DNA of 64,000 nt from a bacterium (GCA_029567195.1 JAKQLJ010000023.1:4626-68625); one strand, 5' to 3'; counted from the stretch's first letter, positions 42,021-52,777 are shown. Notes: generated by a model not told the origin, from the letters alone. Translations and numbers: made by a program.

Positions 42021-42683
42021 TTATTTTGTTATAATGCTTCTTAACATAAACCAAGCCGTCTCTGCCATTATGAGCAAATCCAAAGAAATGGATAAATTAT
42101 CGATGTAAAAAAGATCGAAGTCGATATCCTGATGGATAAGTTTTGTTCGGCCGGTTTTTATCTGCCAGATGCCGGTGATGCCCGGTTTAAGAAACAATCT
42201 CCTTCTTTCTTTATTATTATACTTTTTGACAATAAATTCCATCTCTGGTCGCGGACCGACTACACTCATTTCGCCTTTCAGCACATTTATAAATTGCGGC
42301 AATTCATCTAAACCGCTTTTTCTTAAGAATCTTCCAAATTTAGTCACTCGCCTGTCGTTATTTTTTGTCGGTGAATAAGCATAAGGATTAGCGCCCTGTT
42401 TCATGGAGCGAAATTTATAGATAGTAAAAATCTTTCCGTCCTGTCCCACTCTTTCTTGGGAAAAAATAACGGATCCGGGAGAAGTTAATTTCACTAAAAT
42501 GGCTATTGCCAAGAAAACTGGAGAAAGCGCTGCCAAAACAATCAAAGAAAAAACAACATCAATGGCACGCTTCAAAGTAGCTTGAAACAGACCATGATCA
42601 GGTTTGCTTTCAAAAGCCTTATTGCCTAAAAGCAATAAAGACTTGTTATATTCCAGGCATTGTTCGTATAGAAATCTGTTCAT
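42021..42683 (-). CDS. Polyprenyl-phosphate sugar-phosphate transferase (Bac_transf family, short WbaP/EpsL type)
   Basis: KRAIDVVFSLIVLAALSPVFLAIAILVKLTSPGSVIFSQERVGQDGKIFTIYKFRSM ... GLDELPQFINVLKGEMSVVGPRP. Confidence 0.9.
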   Translation of the reverse strand: MNRFLYEQCLEYNKSLLLLGNKAFESKPDHGLFQATLKRAIDVVFSLIVLAALSPVFLAIAILVKLTSPGSVIFSQERVGQDGKIFTIYKFRSMKQGANPYAYSPTKNNDRRVTKFGRFLRKSGLDELPQFINVLKGEMSVVGPRPEMEFIVKKYNNKERRRLFLKPGITGIWQIKTGRTKLIHQDIDFDLFYIDNLSISLDLLIMAETAWFMLRSIITK

Positions 42684-42718
42684 ATTTTGCTTTATTAGCG
42701 GTTAATTTACGACCTTAC

Positions 42719-42747
42719 ATCCTATCATATTTTCCATTTTTTGTCAA
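42719..42747 (-). promoter_or_regulatory. Sigma70-type promoter of the glycan operon
   Basis: Minus strand TTGACA (42742-42747), 17 nt, TAGGAT (42719-42724). Confidence 0.55.
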
Positions 42748-42850
42748 CCTCCCATTGGGCAATTTTAACGGTTTGGAAATGGAGGGATAAAAAACCGATT
42801 TAGAGCTTTTTTAGGCGATTATCAGATATTATATACTAACTGAAAAATTT

Positions 42851-42874
42851 AAAAAACGTCCAGTGACGTTTTTT
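42851..42874. terminator. Bidirectional terminator hairpin
   Basis: aaaaaacgtc-cagt-gacgtttttt. Confidence 0.7.
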
Positions 42875-42898
42875 AAAAATATTTAATTTTTCACTATT

Positions 42899-44029
42899 TT
42901 AAAGCTGAACTTTGATTTTCATTTCTTTTTCTTCTCTTTTGATAGTCATTTCTATTTCATCTCCTTTTTTATATTTATACATAATATCAGAAAGGCTTTT
43001 TTCCGGAGTTATCTCTTCTTCATTTATCTTGGTAATAATATCATTGATTTTTAACCCGCTTCTGGCGGCGGGAGAATTGGAAATAATGGCTAGCCCCTGC
43101 TGGCCAGACGGCGAATAAATCATGGCTCCCTTGTCTACGGGCAAATTATTGACAAGAGCAAAGCTTGTGGTGATAGGTGTATAATAAATGCCCAAGAGGC
43201 TGGTTTTATCCCATTCTTTTTTGATTATCTTGTCCAAAACAATCTTCACCTTATTGCCCGGAATCTGAAAAAAATCCGTTTTATTATTTTTCTCCAATGA
43301 ACCCATAATTCCAATGACTTGTCCGGAATAATCAATGACCGGGCCGCCGACGCACAAGGCTTCTTTTTCCAGCTCGGTTTCAAAAATTCCCTCCATTTTT
43401 TCAGAAGAAGAAAGGGTTTTTCCGGATAAATTATAGTAGGGATTGAAGGCATTCAAAACACCAGAGGTGTATATGTTTTGATATCGTTCCAGGCTGTTGC
43501 CGACGGCAATGACTTTTTCTCCCGCTTTAAAATCATCGGAATTGCCAAAGGAAATTACCGGCAGATTACTGGCATTGATTTTTATAAAAACCAAGTTGCT
43601 GTAAGGATCTATGGCTAAAAGTTCCCCATCATAATTTTTTCCGTCATGGATCATAATTTTGTAGCGGGAATTTTCCGGATTGATAGCGTTTAAATATGTC
43701 ATTATAATGCCGTCACTGGTGACGATAACTCCCGTTCCGTTTTTAGAATTTGCAGTGTTTTTTGGCTGCGCTTCCAAATCAGGATAAGAAATGATATTAA
43801 CCACCGAGGAAGATACTTGATTGGCAATCCTGGTTAGCGATGTTTCCTCCTTGACATATACCTGTTCTGTTTTGTTTATGACCGTGACTCCTTCAGTTGT
43901 TTTTTTCAGTATTTTGTATTTATTAAAAAATTCCGTAGCAGCAAGGCGCGGAAAAACATAACGGTCGGCTATAACGCCGCTTAGTCCGCTGATTATTATG
44001 ATTAGGATTAGAAATAAAACCTTTTTCAT
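42899..44029 (-). CDS. HtrA/DegP-like trypsin-fold + PDZ protein with all three catalytic residues substituted (predicted pseudo-protease)
   Basis: Aligned to the paralog 47445..48689: TNKHVV becomes [14 protein letters not shown] becomes SNLVFIKI, and GNSGGPL becomes LCVGGPV. The PDZ-like C-terminus is retained. Confidence 0.7.
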   Translation of the reverse strand: MKKVLFLILIIIISGLSGVIADRYVFPRLAATEFFNKYKILKKTTEGVTVINKTEQVYVKEETSLTRIANQVSSSVVNIISYPDLEAQPKNTANSKNGTGVIVTSDGIIMTYLNAINPENSRYKIMIHDGKNYDGELLAIDPYSNLVFIKINASNLPVISFGNSDDFKAGEKVIAVGNSLERYQNIYTSGVLNAFNPYYNLSGKTLSSSEKMEGIFETELEKEALCVGGPVIDYSGQVIGIMGSLEKNNKTDFFQIPGNKVKIVLDKIIKKEWDKTSLLGIYYTPITTSFALVNNLPVDKGAMIYSPSGQQGLAIISNSPAARSGLKINDIITKINEEEITPEKSLSDIMYKYKKGDEIEMTIKREEKEMKIKVQL

Positions 44030-44072
44030 CTTTTAACTCTTCCCTTATTATTTGTCACTTATTACATGTCAC

Positions 44073-44813
44073 TTATATAACCGGTATCCATTTGGAAGTA
44101 AGAAGGATCAGAATCACCAGAATAGAGAATAAAACTGTGTTAGCCACCACCCTTTTTTGGCTGAGAAGATTAAGAAAATGGCTCTGAATTACGTCCCAAA
44201 GGACATAATAGAGTATAAGGGCAATTACTCCGGTAGTCAAATAACCAAACGGCCAGAAATTCATCGTCCAAATAAGTTCAGCCATAGCCAGAGCCAAAAG
44301 AAAACTGTAAACCCAAACAGTTTTCTTATTATTACTTTTGATCAGAGAAAAATGCTGGTAGCTGACCAAAAGAGTGACGACGAGATAGGCCAGCATCAGG
44401 ACATAAAGAGGAACCAGAAAATTAAGATACAGGCCATAAAAACTGGCATAGGTGAAAAAAATAGTAGCGGAAGTGGTGGCCATATTCATTCCCTTGGCCG
44501 TTTGATCTCCTTCATATTCGCCCAATCGGCAAGCTCCCAATAGAGAAAGATAAAAAAGAAAAAAAGCTAGAGCGATGAAAATCTGTTGTTCATAAACTAG
44601 CGTTATGAGATAAAGAAGGGCAATGGAGGAAAGGGTGAAAAAAACCGGCAAAATAGAATAACGCCAGTTTTTACCGGAAGATTTTCCTTCCAAAAAAGAA
44701 ATAAAAAGCATCATTCCTCCGGAAATAAGAACCAAGTCATGCCTAAAAACTATTATTTCCAAACAAAGAAGAAAAAGTAGGCTGAAAAATAATGGCCGGA
44801 ATTTTAGAAACAC
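44073..44813 (-). CDS. Hypothetical polytopic membrane protein
   Basis: About 7 hydrophobic segments. No family was recognised. Confidence 0.5.
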   Translation of the reverse strand: MFLKFRPLFFSLLFLLCLEIIVFRHDLVLISGGMMLFISFLEGKSSGKNWRYSILPVFFTLSSIALLYLITLVYEQQIFIALAFFLFYLSLLGACRLGEYEGDQTAKGMNMATTSATIFFTYASFYGLYLNFLVPLYVLMLAYLVVTLLVSYQHFSLIKSNNKKTVWVYSFLLALAMAELIWTMNFWPFGYLTTGVIALILYYVLWDVIQSHFLNLLSQKRVVANTVLFSILVILILLTSKWIPVI

Positions 44814-44824
44814 AAAATTATATT

Positions 44825-47437
44825 TTAGTATGTAAAATTGATTTTTCCTTTTTCTATGTCAACTGTTATCCTGCTTCCCTTTTTTATTTTACCTTCAATT
44901 ATCCCTGATGCCAATTCGTCCATAATTTCACTTTGAATCACTCTTTTGAGAGGTCTGGCGCCGTAAGCGGGGTCGTAACCTTTTTCTGCCAGATATTCTT
45001 TGGCCTGCTTGGTAAGTTTTAGCTTTATCTCCTTTTCGTTAAGCCGTTTTTGAATTTCATCAATTTGCAATTCTATGATATCTTTTATCATTTTCCTGTT
45101 CATAGGGTGGAAGATGATTATTTCATCCAGACGGTTCAGAAATTCCGGCTTAAAACTTTCTCTTAGCGATGCCAGGACTTTGTTTTTCATTTCTTCTTCT
45201 TCCATCGGTCCTTTTTCCTCTGACTCTCGAAATCCCAGTCCGCTTCGATATATTATATCAGAACCGACATTGGAAGTCATAATGATGACCGTATTTTTAA
45301 AGTTTACCTTTCTTCCCTTGCCGTCGGTTAAATGCCCTTCATCGAGAATTTGGAGCATAATGTTAAAAACTTGAGGATGGGCTTTTTCAATTTCATCAAA
45401 AAGAATGACGCTATATGGTCTTCTTCGGATTATTTCCGTCATTTGTCCTCCTTCTTCATAACCCACATAACCGGGAGGAGATCCAATCATTTTGGAAACG
45501 CTATGTGATTCCATATATTCGCTCATATCCATTCTAACTAAGGCCGCTTCGTCATTAAAAAGAAATTCGGCCAGTGTTTTTGCCAGTTCGGTCTTACCCA
45601 CTCCGGTCGGTCCCAAAAATATAAACGAACCGATGGGTCGATTTTTCGGAGAAATTCCAGCTCTTGATCTTCTAATAGCCTTGGCAATGGCATTGATTGC
45701 TTCTTCTTGGCCGACCACTCTTTTTTTGAGGTCTTCTTCCATTTGGGCCAGTTTTTTGGTTTCATCCTGGAGCATTTTGAAAATCGGAATGCCGGTCCAG
45801 CGAGAAACGACCTTGGCGATATCTTCTTCGGTTACCTCCTCTTTCAGGATGGGATTTTTGCTCTGGATGTTGTCCAATTTTTTCTTTTCTGCCCGAATTT
45901 TCTTTTCCAGCTCTGGTATTTTTCCGTATCTGATTTCCGCCACCTTATCAAGCTCCATTTTCCTTTCGGCAATTTCCGCCGCCGATTTTAATTTTTCCGC
46001 TTCAGCAGAATATTTTCTGATATTGGTGATCAAATCTTTTTCTGTTTTCCATTGCAAAATAAGTTTTTTTGATTCTTCTTTTATTTCAGAAAGTTCCTTG
46101 TTCAATTCCCTTATCCTTTTTTTTGCGTTGGCGTCGTTTTCTTTTTCCAGGGCTTTCTTTTCAATTTCCATTCTTCTCATTTTTCTTTCCACTGTGTCAA
46201 TTTCCGCCGGCATGGAATCAATCTCCATTCTCAGTGCCGAAGTGGCCTCGTCAATTAAATCCACCGCCTTATCTGGCAGGAAACGATCGGTTATATAGCG
46301 GTCAGAAAGTTTTACCGCTTCCTGAATGGCTCCGTCGGTGATTTTTACCCCATGATGCACTTCGTATTTCTCTTTTAAGCCTCGGAGGATGGCCACAGTG
46401 TCTTCATTGGAAGGTTCCCCTACCAAAATAGGCTGGAAGCGGCGTTCCAAAGCCGCATCTTTTTCGATATATTTTTGATATTCTCTGGTGGTAGTGGCGC
46501 CAATCATATGAATTCTTCCTCGCGCCAGAGCCGGCTTAAGCATATTGGAAGCATCCAGTGCTCCTTCAATTGCTCCGGCACCCACCAATGTGTGCAGTTC
46601 GTCTATAAAAAGAATATATTTTCCCGCTCCCTTGTCTATTTCACGGATAATGGCTTTCATTCGTTCTTCAAATTCTCCCCTGAATTTTGTTCCGGCCAAA
46701 AGCGATCCCAAATCCAAGGAAAGAAGAATTTTGTCTTTTATCGTTTCTGGCACATCTCCATCGGCAATTCTTTGGGAAAGTCCCTCTACGATGGCCGTTT
46801 TTCCCGTTCCCGCCTCTCCGATAAGCACCGGATTATTTTTAGTCCTTCTGGAAAGCACTTGCATTACCCTTCGTATTTCGTTATCCCGACCGATAACCGG
46901 ATCTAATTTTTTTTCTCTGGCCAATTGTGTCAGATTAATGGTGTATTTTTCCAACACTTGGAATTTTCCCTCCGGATCGGGACTATCTACTTTTTGGCTG
47001 CCTCTTACTTCAGACATAGTTTTTAGAACTTTGTCATAGTTTAAATTATGATCTTCCAGAAATTTTTTTGCTCTGGTGCTGGAAGAAAGGAGGGAAAGAA
47101 GAAGATGCTCGGTGGAAATAAATTCATCTCCTATTTTTTTCGCTTCTTGTTCGGCGTTATTTAAAATAATGATAAGCTCCGGAGTGATAAAAATCTGTCC
47201 CATCGAAATAGAAAGATTTTTGGGATATTTTTCTATTTCTTTCAGAGAGCTGTCTTTTAAAAGTGAAATATTTACCTCCAACTTCCTTAGAATCACGGGA
47301 ACAATGGAATTTTCCTGGGAAATTAAAGAAAAAACAAGATGAAAAACATCCACCTGCTGCTGGTTTTTGGTTATAGCCAATTCCTGCGCTTGGCGAAGAG
47401 CTTCCTGCGATTTGGTGGTGAGTTTATTTAAATCCAT
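44825..47437 (-). CDS. clpB: ATP-dependent chaperone ClpB
   Basis: Clp N-domain, two AAA+ modules ([13 protein letters not shown] and [12 protein letters not shown]), and a long middle coiled-coil domain. Confidence 0.95.
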   Translation of the reverse strand: MDLNKLTTKSQEALRQAQELAITKNQQQVDVFHLVFSLISQENSIVPVILRKLEVNISLLKDSSLKEIEKYPKNLSISMGQIFITPELIIILNNAEQEAKKIGDEFISTEHLLLSLLSSSTRAKKFLEDHNLNYDKVLKTMSEVRGSQKVDSPDPEGKFQVLEKYTINLTQLAREKKLDPVIGRDNEIRRVMQVLSRRTKNNPVLIGEAGTGKTAIVEGLSQRIADGDVPETIKDKILLSLDLGSLLAGTKFRGEFEERMKAIIREIDKGAGKYILFIDELHTLVGAGAIEGALDASNMLKPALARGRIHMIGATTTREYQKYIEKDAALERRFQPILVGEPSNEDTVAILRGLKEKYEVHHGVKITDGAIQEAVKLSDRYITDRFLPDKAVDLIDEATSALRMEIDSMPAEIDTVERKMRRMEIEKKALEKENDANAKKRIRELNKELSEIKEESKKLILQWKTEKDLITNIRKYSAEAEKLKSAAEIAERKMELDKVAEIRYGKIPELEKKIRAEKKKLDNIQSKNPILKEEVTEEDIAKVVSRWTGIPIFKMLQDETKKLAQMEEDLKKRVVGQEEAINAIAKAIRRSRAGISPKNRPIGSFIFLGPTGVGKTELAKTLAEFLFNDEAALVRMDMSEYMESHSVSKMIGSPPGYVGYEEGGQMTEIIRRRPYSVILFDEIEKAHPQVFNIMLQILDEGHLTDGKGRKVNFKNTVIIMTSNVGSDIIYRSGLGFRESEEKGPMEEEEMKNKVLASLRESFKPEFLNRLDEIIIFHPMNRKMIKDIIELQIDEIQKRLNEKEIKLKLTKQAKEYLAEKGYDPAYGARPLKRVIQSEIMDELASGIIEGKIKKGSRITVDIEKGKINFTY

Positions 47438-47444
47438 AAATTTG

Positions 47445-48689
47445 TTATTTTCTTTCCTCTAATTTTAATTTGACCTCCTTTGTTTCTCCTTTATGCCAAA
47501 TTTTCAACGCCAGCTCGTCTCCGACATTATGCTGAGCGATTAAATTAGCCAGCCCGTTTTTATCGTCTATTTTAGTACCGTTAATTTCCAATATAATATC
47601 ATTTTCCACTATTCCCGCCTTGTCTGCCGGAGAACCCGGAATAACGGCAAGATCAGTTAATGTTTCTCCTCTGATTACCAATGCGCCATAATTAAAAGGA
47701 AGATTATTTTCCTTGGCAATGGCAGAATTTACGGCTAAATAGCGAACCCCGATAAAAGGAGTGGAGATTTTTCCGGTAGTTCCTACCTGTTCTACCACTT
47801 TTTTAATTTGCACGGAAGGAATGGCAAATCCGATGCTCTGAGCGCCTTGAGCCATAGCCACATTGACGCCAATTACTTCCCCGCTGATATTCAGAAGCGG
47901 CCCGCCGGAATTGCCAGGATTGATGGCGGCATCAGTTTGAATTGTATTGGTTAATTGCTCCGTGTCTCCGAAACCGCTTCCGGCTGTTACATTTCTTCTC
48001 AATCCGGAAATTATTCCTCGGCTGACAGTATTGGAAAATTCACCCAAAGAGTTGCCAATCGCTATAACCGTTTGCCCGATTTTCAAATCATTGGAATTGC
48101 CAAAATCAAGAGTGGGAAAGCCACTGCCCTCGATTTTTATGATAGCGATGTCATTGGTCGGATCCTGGGCTAAGATTTTAGCCGGATGCTCTTGTCCATC
48201 GTTGGTAATGACGGTATATTCCGCACCGCTGTCGGAAACTACGTGTTTATTGGTAACTATCATTCCGTCATTGGAAACGATAAATCCTGAACCGCCGCCG
48301 ATTTGCTGTTTTTGGGTTTCATTGCTGTCTTCTCCAAAATTTCCGAAGAAATCAGGAAAACCGAAAGGATCAGAAAAGAAGCTTCTCATTTTGGGAACAT
48401 CCTTGGTGATAATAATGCTGACTACCGCCGGAGTGGTTTTTTCTACCACGCTTATAACCGCCGAATCCTCCTGAATGATATTTTGCTTGATAATTTCCGT
48501 TTTGGATTTATTTAAAAATCCTAAATATTTATTGTCGGTGATTTTTTGTCCGACACTGCCTGCCATAAAACCAAAAATGGCTCCGAAAGCGGAAGAAAGC
48601 AAAATGGTAATAATTAAAACCGATATAGGAATCCTCCAATTTTTTGGCCTATCGGAAAAGTTGTTTTTTTTATCATCAATATTTTCCAT
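47445..48689 (-). CDS. htrA: Serine protease HtrA/DegP family with a PDZ domain (catalytically intact)
   Basis: [19 protein letters not shown] (His), DIAIIKI (Asp), GNSGGPLLN (Ser), and a C-terminal PDZ domain. Confidence 0.9.
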   Translation of the reverse strand: MENIDDKKNNFSDRPKNWRIPISVLIITILLSSAFGAIFGFMAGSVGQKITDNKYLGFLNKSKTEIIKQNIIQEDSAVISVVEKTTPAVVSIIITKDVPKMRSFFSDPFGFPDFFGNFGEDSNETQKQQIGGGSGFIVSNDGMIVTNKHVVSDSGAEYTVITNDGQEHPAKILAQDPTNDIAIIKIEGSGFPTLDFGNSNDLKIGQTVIAIGNSLGEFSNTVSRGIISGLRRNVTAGSGFGDTEQLTNTIQTDAAINPGNSGGPLLNISGEVIGVNVAMAQGAQSIGFAIPSVQIKKVVEQVGTTGKISTPFIGVRYLAVNSAIAKENNLPFNYGALVIRGETLTDLAVIPGSPADKAGIVENDIILEINGTKIDDKNGLANLIAQHNVGDELALKIWHKGETKEVKLKLEERK

Positions 48690-48731
48690 AGCTTTTTATT
48701 TTAATAAATAATTAACCTTTCATCCAACAAC

Positions 48732-48760
48732 CATCCGCGTTTTTTTAAAAAACGCGGATG
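48732..48760. terminator. Bidirectional terminator hairpin
   Basis: catccgcgttttt-ttaa-aaaacgcggatg lies downstream of the ferredoxin gene. Confidence 0.75.
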
Positions 48761-48817
48761 GGTATCTTTTGAAAAAAACTATGTAAATAATTTTAAGATA
48801 TACTGCTAAAAATCTGG

Positions 48818-48997
48818 TTATTCTACTGTAATAGCGTTTACCGGACAACTTCCAGCCACTTCTTGGCAATTACACTCGCCGCATTCCTCGGCAATTACCT
48901 TGGATTTTCCATCTTCGACTTTGAAGACAGTCGGACAAAGCGATTCACAAGTTCCGCATCCGATGCAAAGCTCTTCGTTTACTTTTGCTTTGGGCAT
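48818..48997 (-). CDS. Small [4Fe-4S]/[3Fe-4S] ferredoxin (59 aa), absent from the ORF track
   Basis: Minus-strand translation is MPKAKVNEELCIGCGTCESLCPTVFKVEDGKSKVIAEECGECNCQEVAGSCPVNAITVE. It contains CxxCxxC...CP and a second ..C..C.C...CP. The ORF is exactly 180 nt, ending in taa. Confidence 0.85.
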   Translation of the reverse strand: MPKAKVNEELCIGCGTCESLCPTVFKVEDGKSKVIAEECGECNCQEVAGSCPVNAITVE

Positions 48998-49067
48998 ATT
49001 TTTGTTCGCCTTATTCGCCTGTTTTAAAAATCCAGCCGAATATGCGAAAATTAATTAAATTAATTTT

Positions 49068-50144
49068 TTAAAATAACACTGAAATATCGCCGGGGTAATT
49101 TTTTTCCAAATTTTCTTCAAATTTTATTAAATTTTCATCTCGGAATTTCACCCAGCCGTTTTCTTTGTCCCAGATATATTTTCTAATCGGTATAAAAACA
49201 GACGCTTTCTTTTCTTGTTCTTCCAGCCATTGGGAAAAATTGGCTGTTCTTATGAAAATTTGTTTTATATGAACCTTCTCCTGTTCTTCTTCCGTTTTTT
49301 TGTCTTCCACTTTTATTATATGGTAGCCCAAAGAGCTTTCAATCACTTCGCTTAATTCGCCTTTTTTTAAGCCAAAAGCAACATAAGAAATTTCCGGTAG
49401 CATTTCTTCCTCGCTAAACCAGCCTAAATCTCCCCTGTTTTTGGCGCTATCTCCGTCAGAATATTTTCCTACCACGCTTTCAAAATCGCTGCCCTTTTTA
49501 AGTTCGACTAAAGCTTCTTCTATTTTTTTTCTGCCCTCTTCAAAGCTTTTATCATTCTTACGCATATCTTCATATAATTTTTCCTTGTTCATGTCAGGCT
49601 TGACGATGTTTTTCTCAAAATCAGCCAGACTCCAGCCGTAAAGCTTTCCCAATTCGCTTATTATTTCTTCCCGATTTCCGTATTGTTCTATTTTTTTATC
49701 AACTTCCTGGGAAACCGATTCGGCAGTAAGATTGATTCCTCTCTTTTCCGCTTCTTTTTCTATGACGGCATTTTCTATCATTTTATTGAGAATATTTTTT
49801 TCCTTGATCTTTAACCTGTTTTTTCCGTCGGGAGTGGAAAAATCAACTCGAAAACCAAGATCGGAAAAGTCCTGATTTTCATAAAATTTTCTGGAAGCCT
49901 CTAAATTTTCCCATAAATCGCTTACTTTTATAATTTTACCATTCGCTACAGCCGCTGGATAAGGAATGATTTGAGTCGTCTTTTTCACTATGGCGGTATT
50001 AATTCCCAAAAAATAGATTAATATGGCAATTACAACCAAATAAAAAATAATGGCAATCAAAATGGCATAAACCATTGTTGGAACTTTTACTTTAGCCACT
50101 TCTTTCTTTTCTTTGGTTGTTTTTTTCTTTTCTTTTTTATCCAT
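49068..50144 (-). CDS. Membrane-anchored PpiC/parvulin-type peptidyl-prolyl isomerase (PrsA/SurA-like)
   Basis: N-terminal TM helix and the parvulin core NRGDLGWFSEEEM...SSLGYHIIKVE. Confidence 0.85.
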   Translation of the reverse strand: MDKKEKKKTTKEKKEVAKVKVPTMVYAILIAIIFYLVVIAILIYFLGINTAIVKKTTQIIPYPAAVANGKIIKVSDLWENLEASRKFYENQDFSDLGFRVDFSTPDGKNRLKIKEKNILNKMIENAVIEKEAEKRGINLTAESVSQEVDKKIEQYGNREEIISELGKLYGWSLADFEKNIVKPDMNKEKLYEDMRKNDKSFEEGRKKIEEALVELKKGSDFESVVGKYSDGDSAKNRGDLGWFSEEEMLPEISYVAFGLKKGELSEVIESSLGYHIIKVEDKKTEEEQEKVHIKQIFIRTANFSQWLEEQEKKASVFIPIRKYIWDKENGWVKFRDENLIKFEENLEKNYPGDISVLF

Positions 50145-50167
50145 CGCAATAAAAATTTATTTTATTA

Positions 50168-50572
50168 TTAGTGTTTGAAAAAATAATCCCACCATTTTTG
50201 AACATTGGAAATCTTTACTATCAGTTTTTTGTCCTGGGTTTTGTTTTCCGGTTCTGCTTCCGGATAAGAGATGGCATTGGGCTTTACTACCACTAAATTT
50301 TCCTTCGGATCCTGAAGGTTAAGTTTGTCTTTGGCTTCTTTTTCTTGATAATCCTTGCTTTCCAGGTAGGAAATCTTGTCTGCTAATTCAAGATTTTCTT
50401 TTTCTATGCTTTTAGCCTCTTCTTTGAGTTTGTTAATTTCTGCCTCTACCTGTTTTTTCTTGTAAGTTTCTCGGGAAACGGCAAAAACAATCAAACCGAA
50501 AAGAACTAACCCCAAAATCACGATAGATCTAAGAAGCCAGGAGTTGTTTTTCTCTTCACCTTTTATTGGCAT
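50168..50572 (-). CDS. Septum formation initiator (FtsB/DivIC-like)
   Basis: A single TM helix followed by a coiled coil (KKKQVEAEINKLKEEAKSIEKENLELADKISYLES) and the ..AKDKLNLQDPKENLVVV tail. Confidence 0.7.
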   Translation of the reverse strand: MPIKGEEKNNSWLLRSIVILGLVLFGLIVFAVSRETYKKKQVEAEINKLKEEAKSIEKENLELADKISYLESKDYQEKEAKDKLNLQDPKENLVVVKPNAISYPEAEPENKTQDKKLIVKISNVQKWWDYFFKH

Positions 50573-50768
50573 AAAAAAGTCAAGATCCTAAGATCCAAAT
50601 AAAGATAAAATTATCAGAGGGTAAAAAGCGGAGCTATCGTAAAAGCCACCATTCCGATAACGGCTAAAATAGATATTATGATCCAAACTTTTCTCATTTT
50701 TTTGTTTCTTTGAACGTATCCCATAATATTATTTTAACAGAATTTCAATAAAAGCAAAAGAAGGTTGA

Positions 50769-52589
50769 TTATTTTTTAAGGACGGCTAAAAAAGTCTCTG
50801 AAGGTATGGCCACTCTGCCTACATTTTTCATTTTTTTCTTTCCTTTTTTCTGCTTTTCCAACAGTTTTCTTTTTCTGGTCACATCTCCCCCATAAAGCTT
50901 GGCAGTAACGTCTTTTCTAAAAGCGTTGATGGTTTCCCGGGCTATTATTTTTCCGCCGATAGCCGCTTGAAGGGCAATTTGAAAATTTTGGCGTGGAATA
51001 GAATTTTTTAATTTTTCCACCACTCTTTTTCCTTCAGAAAAAGCATTTTCCCTCGGAATAATTCGGGAAAAAGCGTCCACTTTTTCTTCCGCCACTAAAA
51101 TATCCAGCTTTACCAGATCATAAGGACGATAAGAAGATATTTCATAATTCATAGAAGCATAGCCGGAAGAAGCGCTTTTTAAATCATCATGAAGATTAGT
51201 AATGACATCCGTCAAAGGACAATTAAATTTAATGATCATTCTTTCCGTATCTATATATTCCGTATCCAGATATTGGGCTCTGGTGTTATTCATCACTTCC
51301 ATAATAGCGCCCAGATATTGAGAAGGAGAAATGATGTCCAATTTCACAAAAGGTTCGGAAATTTCTTCGATAACTGACGGGTCAGGCAGTTCAGAAGGGG
51401 AATAAATCTGGATTGAGTTGCCGGTTTTCATTTTTACCTCGTAAACTACGCTAGGCGTAGTGATTGTCGGGCTGATTTCAAATTCCCGCTCCAGCCTCGA
51501 TTGGATTATTTCCAGATGAAGAAGTCCCAAAAATCCACAGCGAAATCCCCGCCCGAGAGCTGAATTTGATTCCGGTTCAAAAGTAAAAGCGGCATCATTA
51601 AGTTTTAGTTTTTCCAAAGCATCCCGCATAAAGTTATAGTCATCGCCTTCAATTGGATAAAATGAAGCGTAAACCATTGGCCGCACTTCTTTGTAGCCTG
51701 ATAGCGGTTGAATATTGTCTTCTGTTTTTGATATTTGATTTTTGATTTTTGAAATTGTTATGGTGTCCCCTACCCGGCAATATTCAACGCTCTTGAGCCC
51801 GGTAGCGATATATCCAATCTCTCCCATCTGAAGTTTTTTGGTTTTCTGAAGATCAGGCTTGAAATAACCGACTTCTATCACGTCGCTTTTCATTTTTGTG
51901 GCCATCATGGTAATTTTTTCTTCTGCTCCTATTTCTCCATCAATAATCCGAACATAGGCCAAAACTCCTTTATAAGTGTCGTATTTTGAATCAAAAACCA
52001 AAGCTCGAAGCGGCTTTTCTTTTTTTCCTTTGGGCGATGGGATTTTTTCCACAATACGCTCCAAAAGCTTTTCCACGCCTAACCCGGTTTTTCCGGAAAC
52101 TTCCAAAATTTCCTCTTCCTGACAACCTAGAATATGGATTATTTCGTTTTTAGTTTTTTCTATATTGGCATTGGGAAGATCAATTTTATTAACTACTGGA
52201 ATAATTTCCAGATTATTTTCAATGGCTTGATACAGATTGGCCAATGTCTGAGCTTGCACGCCTTTGGTGGCATCAACTAAAAGCACTGCTCCCTCCACAG
52301 CCGCCAGTGACCTGGAAACTTCATAACCAAAATCCACATGTCCCGGAGTATCAATAAGATTCAGAATAAATTCTGAATCTGAATTCGAGATTCTTGACCG
52401 ATAGACCATCCGGACTGGCTGCATTTTTATGGTTATCCCTCTTTCTCTTTCCAGATCCATAGTATCCAAAAGTTGTTCTTTCATCTTGCGTTTTTCTATC
52501 GTTCCGGTAAATTCCAAAAGCCGGTCGGACAAAGTCGATTTTCCGTGGTCAATATGGGCGATTATGCAAAAATTTCTGATGTTATTCAT
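50769..52589 (-). CDS. lepA: Elongation factor 4 (LepA)
   Basis: IRNFCIIAHIDHGKSTL, DTPGHVDF and NKIDL GTPase motifs, and the LepA C-terminal domain ..KLYGGDVTRKRKLLEKQKKGKKKM. Confidence 0.95.
   Translation of the reverse strand: MNNIRNFCIIAHIDHGKSTLSDRLLEFTGTIEKRKMKEQLLDTMDLERERGITIKMQPVRMVYRSRISNSDSEFILNLIDTPGHVDFGYEVSRSLAAVEGAVLLVDATKGVQAQTLANLYQAIENNLEIIPVVNKIDLPNANIEKTKNEIIHILGCQEEEILEVSGKTGLGVEKLLERIVEKIPSPKGKKEKPLRALVFDSKYDTYKGVLAYVRIIDGEIGAEEKITMMATKMKSDVIEVGYFKPDLQKTKKLQMGEIGYIATGLKSVEYCRVGDTITISKIKNQISKTEDNIQPLSGYKEVRPMVYASFYPIEGDDYNFMRDALEKLKLNDAAFTFEPESNSALGRGFRCGFLGLLHLEIIQSRLEREFEISPTITTPSVVYEVKMKTGNSIQIYSPSELPDPSVIEEISEPFVKLDIISPSQYLGAIMEVMNNTRAQYLDTEYIDTERMIIKFNCPLTDVITNLHDDLKSASSGYASMNYEISSYRPYDLVKLDILVAEEKVDAFSRIIPRENAFSEGKRVVEKLKNSIPRQNFQIALQAAIGGKIIARETINAFRKDVTAKLYGGDVTRKRKLLEKQKKGKKKMKNVGRVAIPSETFLAVLKK
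51725..51752. repeat. Heptamer tandem array inside lepA
   Basis: tttttga tatttga tttttga tttttga on the + strand. On the coding strand it encodes IKNQISK(T) within a loop insertion. Confidence 0.75.
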
Positions 52590-52718
52590 AAGTCTTATTA
52601 TACTATTTTGGCTTTAAATTAGCTAATTGTCAATAAAAAAAAGCCCAATAGCCATAATTGGCCGTTCGGGCTCCGCTCTATTTTTCAAAAGAAATAATTT
52701 TTTGTTATTTTTTCGGAG

Positions 52719-52754
52719 AAAAAATAGCCATTTGATAGCAAAATCAAATGGCTA
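52719..52754 (-). terminator. Intrinsic terminator
   Basis: The minus strand reads tagccatttgat-tttgct-atcaaatggcta followed by ttttttctcc. Confidence 0.8.
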
Positions 52755-52777
52755 GTGAGTTACGTTGTTTATGATAG

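Noticed and set aside
45075-47342. Long + strand ORFs antisense to clpB, for example 45492..46298 (268 aa) and 46545..47039 (164 aa).
   Set aside because: They are Ser/Phe/Leu-rich low-complexity antisense translations of a strongly supported clpB gene, with no start signals.
50614-50697. 27-codon minus-strand ORF (MRKVWIIISILAVIGMVAFTIAPLFTL) in the ftsB-like/lepA spacer.
   Set aside because: It is hydrophobic and plausible as a mini-membrane peptide. However, it has no SD, it is very short, and I cannot test its conservation. The support is too weak to call.
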